Part shown: positions 18,470 to 27,920 of the stretch, one piece after another | How positions within the stretch are numbered: the first letter of the stretch is position 1 | Layout: every line of letters starts with the position of its first letter | DNA from: an uncultured Gemmatimonadales bacterium | Lineage (GTDB): Bacteria > Gemmatimonadota > Gemmatimonadetes > Gemmatimonadales > Gemmatimonadaceae | DNA length: 64,000 nt | Assembly (NCBI GenBank): GCA_963701965.1 | Contig: OY969695.1 | Location: 2,880,001-2,944,000, forward strand | Reading direction: 5' to 3' | The notes under the pieces: generated by a model | The model's database searches: none | Told to the model about the DNA's origin: nothing | The model's input: only the letters and a program-made list of their open reading frames with translations | Program-made: the position numbers and the translations under genes

Positions 18470-20320
18470 CTAGGCGGCTTGAGGGGTGGCCGCACGCGGC
18501 GGCCAGAGGCCAGATCTCACTTGAAGCCAGGTTTCCAAAGACAGCGCTGCGTAAAGGCGAATGACCGACGTTCCTCGACCGCGGCGAACGAGCGACATAG
18601 CGCCCCGCAGCTTGTCCCTTTGAATGCATCCGAGCTGAGCAAGAACAGGGTCTTTCAACATCGCCTTCAACTTCGACCGCTCCGCCGTAAGCGCCCAACG
18701 GGTACGTGCTCCGAGCGTTCCCTTGCCGACGCGATTTCGCACGCGATCCGGCAGTTCGCTGCCAAGAGCCTGTCGTAGAACCAGCTTTGTGACTCCCGGC
18801 TGCGCTATGAATTCCGGATTTAGACCGAGACAAAATTCGACCAACGGCCGATACAGGAACGGGTATCTAAGATCCACGTAGTGTTCGAAGGGTTCTCTCT
18901 CGATGAACGAAGGGAGTGCTTCGATTTGCCAGGCGAGCTCGCCATTGCCATAGCCGTCCGCACATTCCTCGTACCGACGCAGTCGCGACCGCCGGTCTGC
19001 GATCGCATATTGCTTCTCAAAACGGGGCTCCAGCCATGCAGGGAGCCCGCGCCGCGGCGGAATCAGCTTTCGGCGTAGCACCTGCGGAAGAAGAGGCTGT
19101 ATGGCGCATGCATACGCCAGACGCCAAAACGACGTGTGTGTGGTCGTTGCACGGCGCGCCATTGCGTCAATGGCGCGAAGAATCCGGCCGCCTGCAATGA
19201 GGTCGGTGATGAACCCAAGGTTCCCCGTCAGGTAGTGATCTGACCCGTATCCGCTCAGGAGCACTCTCCCCCCAGATTCTCGGACGATCCTACACATCTC
19301 TTGATCCCGCGCGTAGTACGGATACATCAGGCGTGGCTGATCAGTAATCGGCAGCCTCGTGGCATCTTCCCGCCACGGCCAGTAGTCGGCGATTCGTGCA
19401 TTGGGTATCTCGTACATACGCAGTACTTCGCGCACAAAATCGCTTTCATCGCCGCTACCGAGTGAATCAACGATCGTAACGGTACCCGCGAGGCCTGACG
19501 ATGCTCTACCCGCGCGATGAAGTCGCTCGGCCGCCGCGACGATGGATGACGAATCCAATCCTCCAGACAACTGCGCCCAGGTGCGCCCCTGACCTTCTAT
19601 GCGCGCCCCCACCGCCTCATCGAGGAGTAGCCGCAGCTGTTCTGCCGCCATCTCCGCGGACAGGCAATCGGTGCCACTCCATACGAGATCTCGTGCCCGC
19701 CAAAAATATTCGATACGGATGCCACGGGCCGACGCGACTAACATTGCGCCCGCCGGCACGGCACTCACCCCCCGATAAATGGTCCGCTCGGAAGTGACAC
19801 ACCCGTGGACTAGGAAATCGGCAATGTATTCGTAATCCACCTCGTCATCCGCCGCGATCAGTGATGCATGTGTCGATAGCCATATGCCGTTAGTCGTCGT
19901 GCGGTAGTAGAGAGGGGCCACCCCGAAGCAATCCCGCGCAGCGACGACTTCTTGTCGCCCCGGACGCCATGTCACGATCGCAAAATCCCCAGTTATAGCG
20001 CGCATGGCAGCGGCGCCGTTAAGCAGCGACTGGGCAGCGCACATCATGTCGCGTTCCCCCTTCTCGTGGCCGCTGTCAATGTCGACGAGGCTCGGCGCAT
20101 CGAGCCGTGCCATACCAACACTCACAGCGTCGTCGCTACCGACCGTCGACACTCTCGGCGTTGCCTCGTTGTGGCTGTCAATGTAAGCGGCAAAGCCGCC
20201 ACCGGTCATCCATGTGCCCTTGCCGGCAGCAATCCTCGAGTGACGCAATGCCACAATGTGGCGCTCATCGTGCGATAGGGTTCGGCCATCATAGTTGATG
20301 GCGCACACAAAGGCGCTCAT
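18470..20320 (-). CDS. Lasso cyclase (C protein, asparagine-synthetase-like)
   Basis: AARDCFGVAPLYY, LSGGLDSSSI, LSGYGSD, RYPFLYRPLVEF; ATGA-coupled to B2. Confidence 0.93.
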   Translation of the reverse strand: MSAFVCAINYDGRTLSHDERHIVALRHSRIAAGKGTWMTGGGFAAYIDSHNEATPRVSTVGSDDAVSVGMARLDAPSLVDIDSGHEKGERDMMCAAQSLLNGAAAMRAITGDFAIVTWRPGRQEVVAARDCFGVAPLYYRTTTNGIWLSTHASLIAADDEVDYEYIADFLVHGCVTSERTIYRGVSAVPAGAMLVASARGIRIEYFWRARDLVWSGTDCLSAEMAAEQLRLLLDEAVGARIEGQGRTWAQLSGGLDSSSIVAAAERLHRAGRASSGLAGTVTIVDSLGSGDESDFVREVLRMYEIPNARIADYWPWREDATRLPITDQPRLMYPYYARDQEMCRIVRESGGRVLLSGYGSDHYLTGNLGFITDLIAGGRILRAIDAMARRATTTHTSFWRLAYACAIQPLLPQVLRRKLIPPRRGLPAWLEPRFEKQYAIADRRSRLRRYEECADGYGNGELAWQIEALPSFIEREPFEHYVDLRYPFLYRPLVEFCLGLNPEFIAQPGVTKLVLRQALGSELPDRVRNRVGKGTLGARTRWALTAERSKLKAMLKDPVLAQLGCIQRDKLRGAMSLVRRGRGTSVIRLYAALSLETWLQVRSGLWPPRAATPQAA

Positions 20321-20757
20321 AGCGTCGGCAACGGCAACTGAGCCAACCCGCGCGTAATTTCGCCAGTCTCATTAAGCGGCGCCCCATTGTACTCAACCCA
20401 CGCGTGCGCCGTGAAGCCGTACGGCTGCACCCCCAGGCGAAAGACAGAGTCCACTCCGCTCCGCCGAAGCAGGTGATGCAGTGTCAGCGACTGCTCCAGA
20501 CAGTACGCGCGACCGGGAAAGAATGCACCTGCGACCGCCACTTTCCGTACTATTTCGGTGAGCACCGTCGTCTCGACGCACTGTCGTGGGCGCACCGTGG
20601 CGCATAGTGCATTACTAAGTCTCATCGTCCGACCGAGGCCGCCAACGCGCAATGCAAGCTTGATCCAGATAAGCGTCACTACGCAGGTCATGGTACCGGG
20701 TACCGCTAAACGTCTGCCAGTCATGGCAGCTTGAGATCGGTCATCGTGTGCGCGCAT
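20317..20757 (-). CDS. Lasso leader peptidase (B2, transglutaminase-like)
   Basis: YCLEQSL (catalytic Cys) and LGVQPYGFTAHAWVE (catalytic His). ATG at 20757 overlaps the B1 stop (TGATG). Confidence 0.93.
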   Translation of the reverse strand: MRAHDDRSQAAMTGRRLAVPGTMTCVVTLIWIKLALRVGGLGRTMRLSNALCATVRPRQCVETTVLTEIVRKVAVAGAFFPGRAYCLEQSLTLHHLLRRSGVDSVFRLGVQPYGFTAHAWVEYNGAPLNETGEITRGLAQLPLPTL

Positions 20758-21056
20758 CAGACGGCTACGAGCTGTGACTGATAGAGATCTAGCAAAAGCG
20801 TCACCACGTCCCGTTCGAGACGTTCGCGAGGCACGTCGTAATTCGGTGCTAACTGGTCGACGATAGCTGCCACCGTGTGATACTGCTCGAGCAACGACCA
20901 CACATCACCACCGATTTCGTTGAGGGAGTAGTACCGACTCCGCTTCACGTCAAGAAGCACTGTGGCTTGGCCATGCCGAGTGAAAATGATATGCCTATGT
21001 GCTGAGATAGTGGCGGATAGCCGAATGGTTGCGTCGTTCGCAGATCGCTGGGGCAT
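20757..21056 (-). CDS. Lasso RRE (B1, PqqD-family)
   Basis: TVLLDVKRSRYYSLNEIGGDVWSLL...YDVPRERLERDV is a typical PqqD pattern. Start 21056 gives 99 aa; the track ORF extends to 21179. Confidence 0.92.
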   Translation of the reverse strand: MPQRSANDATIRLSATISAHRHIIFTRHGQATVLLDVKRSRYYSLNEIGGDVWSLLEQYHTVAAIVDQLAPNYDVPRERLERDVVTLLLDLYQSQLVAV

Positions 21057-21309
21057 ACGCCTTACCGGGATGATGGAACGCGCTGTCATCGACACGTGCG
21101 CGAACGTTACGCCACCATGCGTTGGGACGATAGCGTCGGTACGGGCCAGATACCTCCGTGACAGGCTGACAGCACGCATCGCTCATTGAGTCACGAATAC
21201 ACGTACGGTCTATCCTGTCTTTACGACGCTAGGACGAGAACGTGGTGATCGCACGACCCACGGCGCCTCAGAGCGATCGGCACCGCCACACTCTACGTAG
21301 GAGATACGA

Positions 21310-22209
21310 ATGTCTTTGGCGGACTATGCCGTCGGGAAGATTCTGAGCGGCAGATATCGCATCCTCGAACATAGGGCAGGTGGTGGGCAGGCAATCGTGC
21401 TCCGTGTGGAGCACACCTTCCTGCACCGCCAGCTGGCGATGAAAATTGCCAGACGGCGGATCAGCGTTGGCCCACCGCGAATCCTCGAGGAGGCTGAGAC
21501 TCTAGCCGCGATAAATCATCCTGGCATCCCCGCAATCGTCAATGCAGGGGTATTGGCAGACGATCGTCCCTACCTGGTCTCGGAATGGATTGATGGCCGG
21601 TCGCTCGCTGAATTAGCCGCCGTGCACGCCTGTAGCCCGCGTGCCGCTGTTCAAACCATGGCTGCCTTGAGCGCCATTGTTGGCGATTTGCATGCGCTGG
21701 GCGTTCTACATCGTGACCTGAAACCAGCGAACATCCTGATACCTATGAACGGGGAGCACCCAGAGTATGCAACCCCCAAGCTGATTGACTTCGGCGTTTG
21801 TGACACTCTAAATGTCGACGTCGCCGGCGGAGTGCGCACAACTGGCAGCGGACGCACCAGTGGCACGGCGCTCTACAGCGCGCCGGAACAGATCGCTGGA
21901 CGGCGTCAATCAATGACGACCGACGTATTCGGTCTGGGTGCAATCCTGTTCGAGTTGCTGTGCGGCCATCCTCCGCTCGCTCCCACCGGGGAGGTGTCAC
22001 TGTTCGAGCTGGATTGCGGAGGTGAAAAGATGGCAATTCCCGTCGCAGTCAATCGACTTATCGCCAATGTGCCGGTACCGGAGATTGCGGGCGTGCCAAC
22101 CAGTGTTCGCGAAATTGTTCAACAGTGCCTGCGCAACGAACCAGAGGGACGCCCACAATCCGCCGCTGAAGTGGCGGTGACGCTGCAAGGCGCGTTAGCG
22201 ACGTGGTAG
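21310..22209 (+). CDS. Hanks-type Ser/Thr protein kinase (stand-alone catalytic domain)
   Basis: AGGAG RBS; GGGQAIV, AMK, HRDLKPAN, DFG, GTALYSAPE and DVFGLG are all intact; no TM segment. Confidence 0.93.
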   Translation: MSLADYAVGKILSGRYRILEHRAGGGQAIVLRVEHTFLHRQLAMKIARRRISVGPPRILEEAETLAAINHPGIPAIVNAGVLADDRPYLVSEWIDGRSLAELAAVHACSPRAAVQTMAALSAIVGDLHALGVLHRDLKPANILIPMNGEHPEYATPKLIDFGVCDTLNVDVAGGVRTTGSGRTSGTALYSAPEQIAGRRQSMTTDVFGLGAILFELLCGHPPLAPTGEVSLFELDCGGEKMAIPVAVNRLIANVPVPEIAGVPTSVREIVQQCLRNEPEGRPQSAAEVAVTLQGALATW

Positions 22210-22361
22210 GCCAGAGAGTGCTGTCTATCAGCCAGGCTGTGGCTGTGGTCGCCTTGGCTTGCGTCGCGGTATCGACGGCCTGACAATGCTATGCGACCGA
22301 TTGAATGATCAGCGTGAAGTCCCTGTCGGTTCGTGAATTATTAGGCCGGCCGCCTTCACCG

Positions 22362-24254
22362 TCAGCGGTATCCGGCAGCCTGCATCGAGAAGAGTTCACT
22401 GTAGAGCCCTCCCCGACCGAGCAAATCAGTGTGGGTGCCATGATCTGCAATGCAGCCACCCTGAAGCACGATGATCCGGTCCGCCATTCGCACAGTGGAG
22501 AATCGATGCGAAATGAGAACGGCGGTGCGCGCCGTCGCGAGTTCCGAGAAGCGACTGAACACCTCATATTCGGCGCGTGCATCAAGCGCTGAAGTCGGTT
22601 CATCTAATATGAGAACTTGGGCTTGACGCATGTACGCGCGTGCGATCGCGACCTTCTGCCACTCGCCTCCGGACAAGTCTATGCCCCCATCAAAACGACG
22701 TCCGAGAACTTGGCGATAACCGGCGGGTAACTGCGTTAGCAGAGACGATGCCAGGGAACGTTCGGCCGCCCTCGCAATTGCAGGATGCACCGGGTGCTTC
22801 AAATCACCCTTGAGATCGTCGAGCTCATCGAAATGATTGCGAGACGCCTCGATTTCTCCGACGCCAATGTTTTCGTCAAACCGAAAATCGTAACGAACAA
22901 AGTCTTGAAAAATGACGCCAATCGCGCGACGCAGCGATGCGATGTCGTATTCGCGGAGATCAACGCCATCAAGGAAAATCCGACCTTCGGTCGGGTCATA
23001 GAGTCGCGTCAGCAGTTTTGTGAGAGTCGTCTTGCCTGCGCCGTTCTCGCCTACGAGAGCGATGCGTTCACCGACACCCAGCGCCAGGTCAATGTGCCGT
23101 ACGGCCCATCGCTCACTGTTGTGGTAGCGGAACCCGACATCCTGAAAAACGAAGCCTTCGTGAATGTGGGCCGGTACCAGGACGGCGTTGTGCCGGGCAG
23201 CGATAGTCGGACGAATCTCGAAGTAAAGAAAGAGATCGCGGAGATACAGTGTTTGTTCGTAGATGTCACGCCCCGTCTGGAGAATGCTCGCGATGTACGA
23301 ACGACTGCCGGAGAAAGACGAAGCCAGGAAGGTTAAAGCGCCAATGGTTATGCGGCCGCGCATCGCATCTACGAGGATAAACACATAGGCGACGTAGTAT
23401 CCAAGAGTGCCCAAGATTGGCAGGGCACCACTGATGAAGGCGCGCTGAACCGCCAACGCCTTGTTTTCCTCGTAAAATTGCTGCGAAAGGCGCCGAAAAC
23501 GATCAGTCAGCCAGGGTGCGAGACCAAACATCTGCACTTCTTTGGCAGAGCGATCGCTGGACCCCACATAACGAAGATACTCGAGCATGCGCCGTCCTTC
23601 GGTGCGGCCGAAGAACAAGGAGTAGGCTCGGCGACTGTAGTGCGTCTCGCCGAGAAAACTTGGAAGGATGGCTAGCACCAGCAGTGCCAGCAGCCACGGG
23701 TTGAACGCAACGATCGCCCCACTCAAGCTGAGCAGCGTCAGCGCATACTGCGCGATGCTAAGGAGCTGGCCGAGTAGGCCAAGCCGCGCGGTCGAGTTTT
23801 GCCGCGCACGCTCGAGCAGGTCGTAAAACTCCGGATTCTCAAACTGCGCGAGATCGAGCGTCGCCGCGTGCTCCATGATGCGCACACTGACGTGGTTCGT
23901 GAACAGATCCCCAAGCAAAACCTCGACCAACGTCGACGCTCGCGAGATCGCCTGATCCGCGACGACGATCGAGATCTCGATCGCCACCAGCGTCCACAAG
24001 TGATGCCAATCCGGCCCCCGGAGCCGCGCCTTCACCACCGCGTCGATGATGAGCTTGGCCACCCACATCGTGGCGAGCGGCGTCGCGGCGCGCACGATGC
24101 GCAGTACCATCATCGCCACCGTGAGCGGCCAGCTCGTCTCCCAGATGAGCGCGATGAACTTGGGAACGTAGCGGAGCGCCGAGATACGCTCGCGAAGCTT
24201 GGGCGGCTCCTTGGTCGTGCCGGCGCCGGCGCCGTTGCCGTTGTGCGTCGCCAT
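22362..24254 (-). CDS. ABC exporter, fused TMD + ATPase
   Basis: N-terminal TM helices, Walker A GENGAGKTT, signature LSGGEWQ, Walker B ILDEP, ISHR. Confidence 0.95.
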   Translation of the reverse strand: MATHNGNGAGAGTTKEPPKLRERISALRYVPKFIALIWETSWPLTVAMMVLRIVRAATPLATMWVAKLIIDAVVKARLRGPDWHHLWTLVAIEISIVVADQAISRASTLVEVLLGDLFTNHVSVRIMEHAATLDLAQFENPEFYDLLERARQNSTARLGLLGQLLSIAQYALTLLSLSGAIVAFNPWLLALLVLAILPSFLGETHYSRRAYSLFFGRTEGRRMLEYLRYVGSSDRSAKEVQMFGLAPWLTDRFRRLSQQFYEENKALAVQRAFISGALPILGTLGYYVAYVFILVDAMRGRITIGALTFLASSFSGSRSYIASILQTGRDIYEQTLYLRDLFLYFEIRPTIAARHNAVLVPAHIHEGFVFQDVGFRYHNSERWAVRHIDLALGVGERIALVGENGAGKTTLTKLLTRLYDPTEGRIFLDGVDLREYDIASLRRAIGVIFQDFVRYDFRFDENIGVGEIEASRNHFDELDDLKGDLKHPVHPAIARAAERSLASSLLTQLPAGYRQVLGRRFDGGIDLSGGEWQKVAIARAYMRQAQVLILDEPTSALDARAEYEVFSRFSELATARTAVLISHRFSTVRMADRIIVLQGGCIADHGTHTDLLGRGGLYSELFSMQAAGYR

Positions 24255-24260
24255 GCGCGG

Positions 24261-24461
24261 TCAGTGGTGCGTGGCGAGCGACACGGGATCGCTAGAGTGG
24301 AGACCCATCCGCCCCGTCTCGTGACGCCCGTGCCGGTGCCCGCTCCGGTACACCGTGCACAGGGGGTCCACCACGAGCGACCACGTGTACGCGGCGGCGA
24401 TCACGGTAGCGGTAGACAAGACCACGAGGCGCAAACGAAACGACATGACGGTGAGCTCCAC
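24261..24461 (-). CDS. Small hypothetical membrane/secreted peptide
   Basis: Hydrophobic N-terminus and His-rich tail; stop lies 6 nt before the ABC start, same strand. Confidence 0.4.
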   Translation of the reverse strand: MELTVMSFRLRLVVLSTATVIAAAYTWSLVVDPLCTVYRSGHRHGRHETGRMGLHSSDPVSLATHH

Positions 24462-24531
24462 TCACCGCAACGTACGAAACCTCGCCCGCCCGGGATACGA
24501 ACCACCGGGCGAATCGCGGCCGCCTAGTGCG

Positions 24532-25347
24532 CTACCACCGCTCCGGAGGATCCGGCGGATCGTCCAGGTGCAGATCCGAGATCGCGCGCCGCGCGTGAGT
24601 ATCCGGACGCACCCACCCCCACAACATCTTCCGCTTGATGTCCTCGAGCGGCGAGATCATCGTCCACCCGTCCCCGGTCTTCTCGATCAGCTTCGACTCG
24701 TCGGGGTGATGCAGCTTCGCCTTGATGTTCCGAAAAACGCCGGTATACTCGCGACTCGTCGGCGACACACGCCCGCCGAAGTACGCGTCGATCAACGTGT
24801 CGTTCTTCACGCTCTTGCCGTTCACGATCAGCAAGTGGAACAGGACGTCGAGCTCCTTGCCGACGACCCGGAACGTGCGGTTGCCGCGATGCACGACGCC
24901 CGAGCGCAAGTTGATCTTGATCTCGCCGATCTCGACGATCGGCTCGCCCGGCGGCTCCGGCTTGGCCGACCCCTTGAGAAACCCCACGACCTGACGCTCC
25001 AACTGCTCGGCGTCGAACGGCTTCTCGATCAACGACAGACCAAGCTCGATCCGGTCCAGATCCACGAGCTCCGCGGGATAGCCCGTCATCAACAACACCG
25101 GCATCGTGCTGCCGCTCTTCCGCATGATCCGGTAGACGTCGATGCCCCTCACATTTGGCAAGAACACATCGAGCAACAACATTGCCGGCGCCGGGATCGT
25201 CAGCACCGCCCGCAAACACCGCGGCGCATCCAACGCCATGCGCACGTGGTACCCGGCCTCGCGCAACGTTCGATCGGCCAATGCCAGGACCGCGGGCGCG
25301 TCCTCGCATACCACAATCGTCGATTCCGCCGTCGATGAACCAACCAT
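24532..25347 (-). CDS. OmpR-like response regulator
   Basis: Receiver (IVVCED, LLLDVFLP, MTG, EKPF) followed by a winged-helix-like domain. Confidence 0.8.
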   Translation of the reverse strand: MVGSSTAESTIVVCEDAPAVLALADRTLREAGYHVRMALDAPRCLRAVLTIPAPAMLLLDVFLPNVRGIDVYRIMRKSGSTMPVLLMTGYPAELVDLDRIELGLSLIEKPFDAEQLERQVVGFLKGSAKPEPPGEPIVEIGEIKINLRSGVVHRGNRTFRVVGKELDVLFHLLIVNGKSVKNDTLIDAYFGGRVSPTSREYTGVFRNIKAKLHHPDESKLIEKTGDGWTMISPLEDIKRKMLWGWVRPDTHARRAISDLHLDDPPDPPERW

Positions 25348-25633
25348 AGGCCCGGGCCAGTGAAAAAGGGCAGGCTAGGAAGTTGTCAGAAGAAACGCAC
25401 GGCGCAAGGCTCTAGCGAGCTCAACCATACACCGAAGTGAGCCGCAGGTGAGCCAGAATACGCATATTGGTTTGCTTGTGCGTCGTTACATGACGGTCCG
25501 TCCCTTGAACTGACCACGTAACGGGGGATCGCTCGTTGATCCGCTTCGACTTCCGATCCGCGTAGGCAACGCTTCCCTCGAAACGTATAGTATGTAGCCG
25601 CATAGGGTACGGATGAGGCAAACTAGGCACCGT

Positions 25634-25912
25634 ATGACACCACAGGCACCACAGCAGCCTATACCACAAACTGGTTTGGATCGGCCTGAAGCGCCCGCGC
25701 GTATCACGTTCGCGACAAACGTGCGACGCGCGCGGACGCAGTTGGGCATCTCCCAAGAAAAGCTCGCCGAACTGTCCGGGTTACACCGGACATTCGTCAG
25801 CTCGGTGGAACGGGGAGAGCGCAACATCTCGGTCGACAACATGGAACGCGTCGCGTCCGCGCTGCGCGTCAAGTTGGCGATCCTCCTCACCCCCACGCCG
25901 ATCATCGATTGA
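25634..25912 (+). CDS. XRE-family HTH transcriptional regulator
   Basis: NVRRARTQLGISQEKLAELSGLHRTFVSSVERGERNISVDNMERVASAL. Start 25613 or 25634. Confidence 0.92.
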   Translation: MTPQAPQQPIPQTGLDRPEAPARITFATNVRRARTQLGISQEKLAELSGLHRTFVSSVERGERNISVDNMERVASALRVKLAILLTPTPIID

Positions 25913-26054
25913 CGGCGAGGACACACCGGTAACCCACCACCGGTGGTGAGGCGACCGAGCGGCTGTCGGTGCACTTCCCACGCGTCCCGGCGATCCCGCT
26001 GAGAACGCGCCAGCCGCGGATCGACCCACGACTTGCCACACGAGACAAGCGCGC

Positions 26055-27086
26055 CTAACGCGCCGCCGCAGACGGCGCCGTCCCGTACGGCTCGTCGAAC
26101 ACGAGATCCCGCGCCACCAACACCACGAATGACGTCCCGCCCCGCACCGTGATCACCGGCGTGAGTTGGGCGTCGGCGCGCAACATCTCGAGCGTCCGCT
26201 CGGAGATCTGCTCGCCGAACGATCCCGCCACGACCTGGCCCGCGCTCGGCGTCGTATAGGGCGCGCCCGCGCCGGCGTTGGGTTGACTCAACTGCCCCGC
26301 CGCGCCGACCAGCGACAATAGCGCGGCGTCGATATACGCGTGGGCGATATGCGTGTCCACCGCGCCGCGCAGCCCGGCCGTCCCGCTCTCGTCGCCGGCT
26401 TCGAATCCCGGCAGCGCCATCGAACGCCCATCAGGAAAAAGGAGACGCGTCCATACCACGAGCAACGCGTCCTCCCCGCGGCCCACCTGCGTGTCGTAGC
26501 GCCCAATGAGACGGGAGCCGCGCGGCACCAATACCCAACGCTGGCGCGGCGTGTCGTACACGTCGCGCGTGACTTGGGCGACAACCTGACCGGGTATCGT
26601 CGAACGGATCTCGGTCACGAGCGCAACGGACACCACGGTGCCGGTCTGCACGGTGTACGGTGAATCCAACGCGTGCACGCTCGACGACGTGTCCAACCGC
26701 TCGGCCGCGGACAAGAACTGCGCGTGGGGCGCGGTCGATGGCGGCGCGTCGGACGCCGGCGCTCTCTCGCGCGCCGTGCGTACCAACGGTGCGCTCACTA
26801 ATGCGCGGGTGTACGACGTTGGTACGGGTTGGGGAAGTGGGGCGCTCATGATACTGGATACCGGGCGCACCGCAACGCGATGCGAGGTATCGGGAGTGGG
26901 ACTGGGAAACGATGGACGCTGCGCGGCCACGGGCCGCGGCGCCGTGGGATGGTCGGGCGCCACGGGACGCACCGCCGACCACAGAACGACACACGCGGTA
27001 ACGCCGGCAACGATCGCCGCGGCGAGCAGCGCGGTGTGATTGAGACGCGCGGGCTTGGGCGGGGTCGGTCGATAGGCCGAGCTCAC
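26055..27086 (-). CDS. trbI: T4SS TrbI/VirB10
   Basis: TM plus Pro-rich linker; TEIRSTIPGQVVAQVTRDVYD, VPRGSRLIGRY, VVWTRLLFPDG. Confidence 0.92.
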   Translation of the reverse strand: MSSAYRPTPPKPARLNHTALLAAAIVAGVTACVVLWSAVRPVAPDHPTAPRPVAAQRPSFPSPTPDTSHRVAVRPVSSIMSAPLPQPVPTSYTRALVSAPLVRTARERAPASDAPPSTAPHAQFLSAAERLDTSSSVHALDSPYTVQTGTVVSVALVTEIRSTIPGQVVAQVTRDVYDTPRQRWVLVPRGSRLIGRYDTQVGRGEDALLVVWTRLLFPDGRSMALPGFEAGDESGTAGLRGAVDTHIAHAYIDAALLSLVGAAGQLSQPNAGAGAPYTTPSAGQVVAGSFGEQISERTLEMLRADAQLTPVITVRGGTSFVVLVARDLVFDEPYGTAPSAAAR

Positions 27087-27092
27087 GATGCA

Positions 27093-27920
27093 TTACTCGC
27101 GAGCGAACAAGCGCGTGTTGATGATCTCGACCTGACGCGGGCGACGCCCATCCTCGGTCCCGCGCAAAATGGCGCGCGCGAATACGCGATCGGTGATGTA
27201 CGTATCGTTGGCGACGACGTAGTTGAGCACCGCCGTGCTCCCATCGGCGAGCTCCAAAAACAACACGGGCAGCGCACCCTTCCGAGCGTCGGCGCCCAGA
27301 CGCACGAAGGCGTGCACACCGTCGTCGTACACGGCGGCCGGCGCCCAGGGAATCTTCCCATCGGCGCTCCACCGATACGTGAATGCCAATGACTCGGGAC
27401 GCACCGCGTCGCCGCTGGCCGCACCCTCGGCCCGCGCGACGAGAGCGGCGGGATAATAGAACCGCACGTGCCGCGTGTACCGCGCGGCGCGATGCCCGCA
27501 GGCGGGCGCGTCCAACGCCAGATCGTATACGCGCCGGTCGGTCGAGACCACGAGATTGGTGCCGAGGTCGCAGGCGGTGGGCTTCACGATGAGGAGCGGC
27601 GTGCGCCCGCCGGCGCCGCTCCCGGCCTGATCGATGAGCCACCGCTCGGTGTCGCCCAACGCGGTCGCCAACACGCGCTCGCCGGCCTCGAGCTCGATGA
27701 CGCACGCGCGCAAAGGCGCGCACGTCACGGTCGGCTGGCTGTGCCCGAACGGGAACACGACGGCGTCACCGACCTCGACGGTCCGGGGCGACCACCCGCG
27801 CAGGACCTCCCGCTCGGCGATAGCAACAGGATCGGCCGTGGTATCGACCTGGGCCCCGAGGGGCGCCAACCCCACCACCAGGAACCCTACAATCATTAGA
27901 TACGTGAGATACGTCCTCAT
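27093..27920 (-). CDS. trbG: T4SS TrbG/VirB9
   Basis: Signal peptide; PTVTCAPLRACVIELEAGE, GDTERW, TNLVVSTDRRVY, VYDDG. Confidence 0.92.
   Translation of the reverse strand: MRTYLTYLMIVGFLVVGLAPLGAQVDTTADPVAIAEREVLRGWSPRTVEVGDAVVFPFGHSQPTVTCAPLRACVIELEAGERVLATALGDTERWLIDQAGSGAGGRTPLLIVKPTACDLGTNLVVSTDRRVYDLALDAPACGHRAARYTRHVRFYYPAALVARAEGAASGDAVRPESLAFTYRWSADGKIPWAPAAVYDDGVHAFVRLGADARKGALPVLFLELADGSTAVLNYVVANDTYITDRVFARAILRGTEDGRRPRQVEIINTRLFARE

Noticed and set aside
18246..18833. 195-aa track ORF (and the 108-aa ORF 17881..18207) as real proteins
   Set aside because: The extension overlaps the cyclase or the hairpin. Only the last 60 codons of each align, and A1 has its own strong RBS.
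18470..20320. Housekeeping asparagine synthetase AsnB
   Set aside because: No Cys at position 2, and it is coupled to B2/B1 and followed by precursors, so it is a lasso cyclase.
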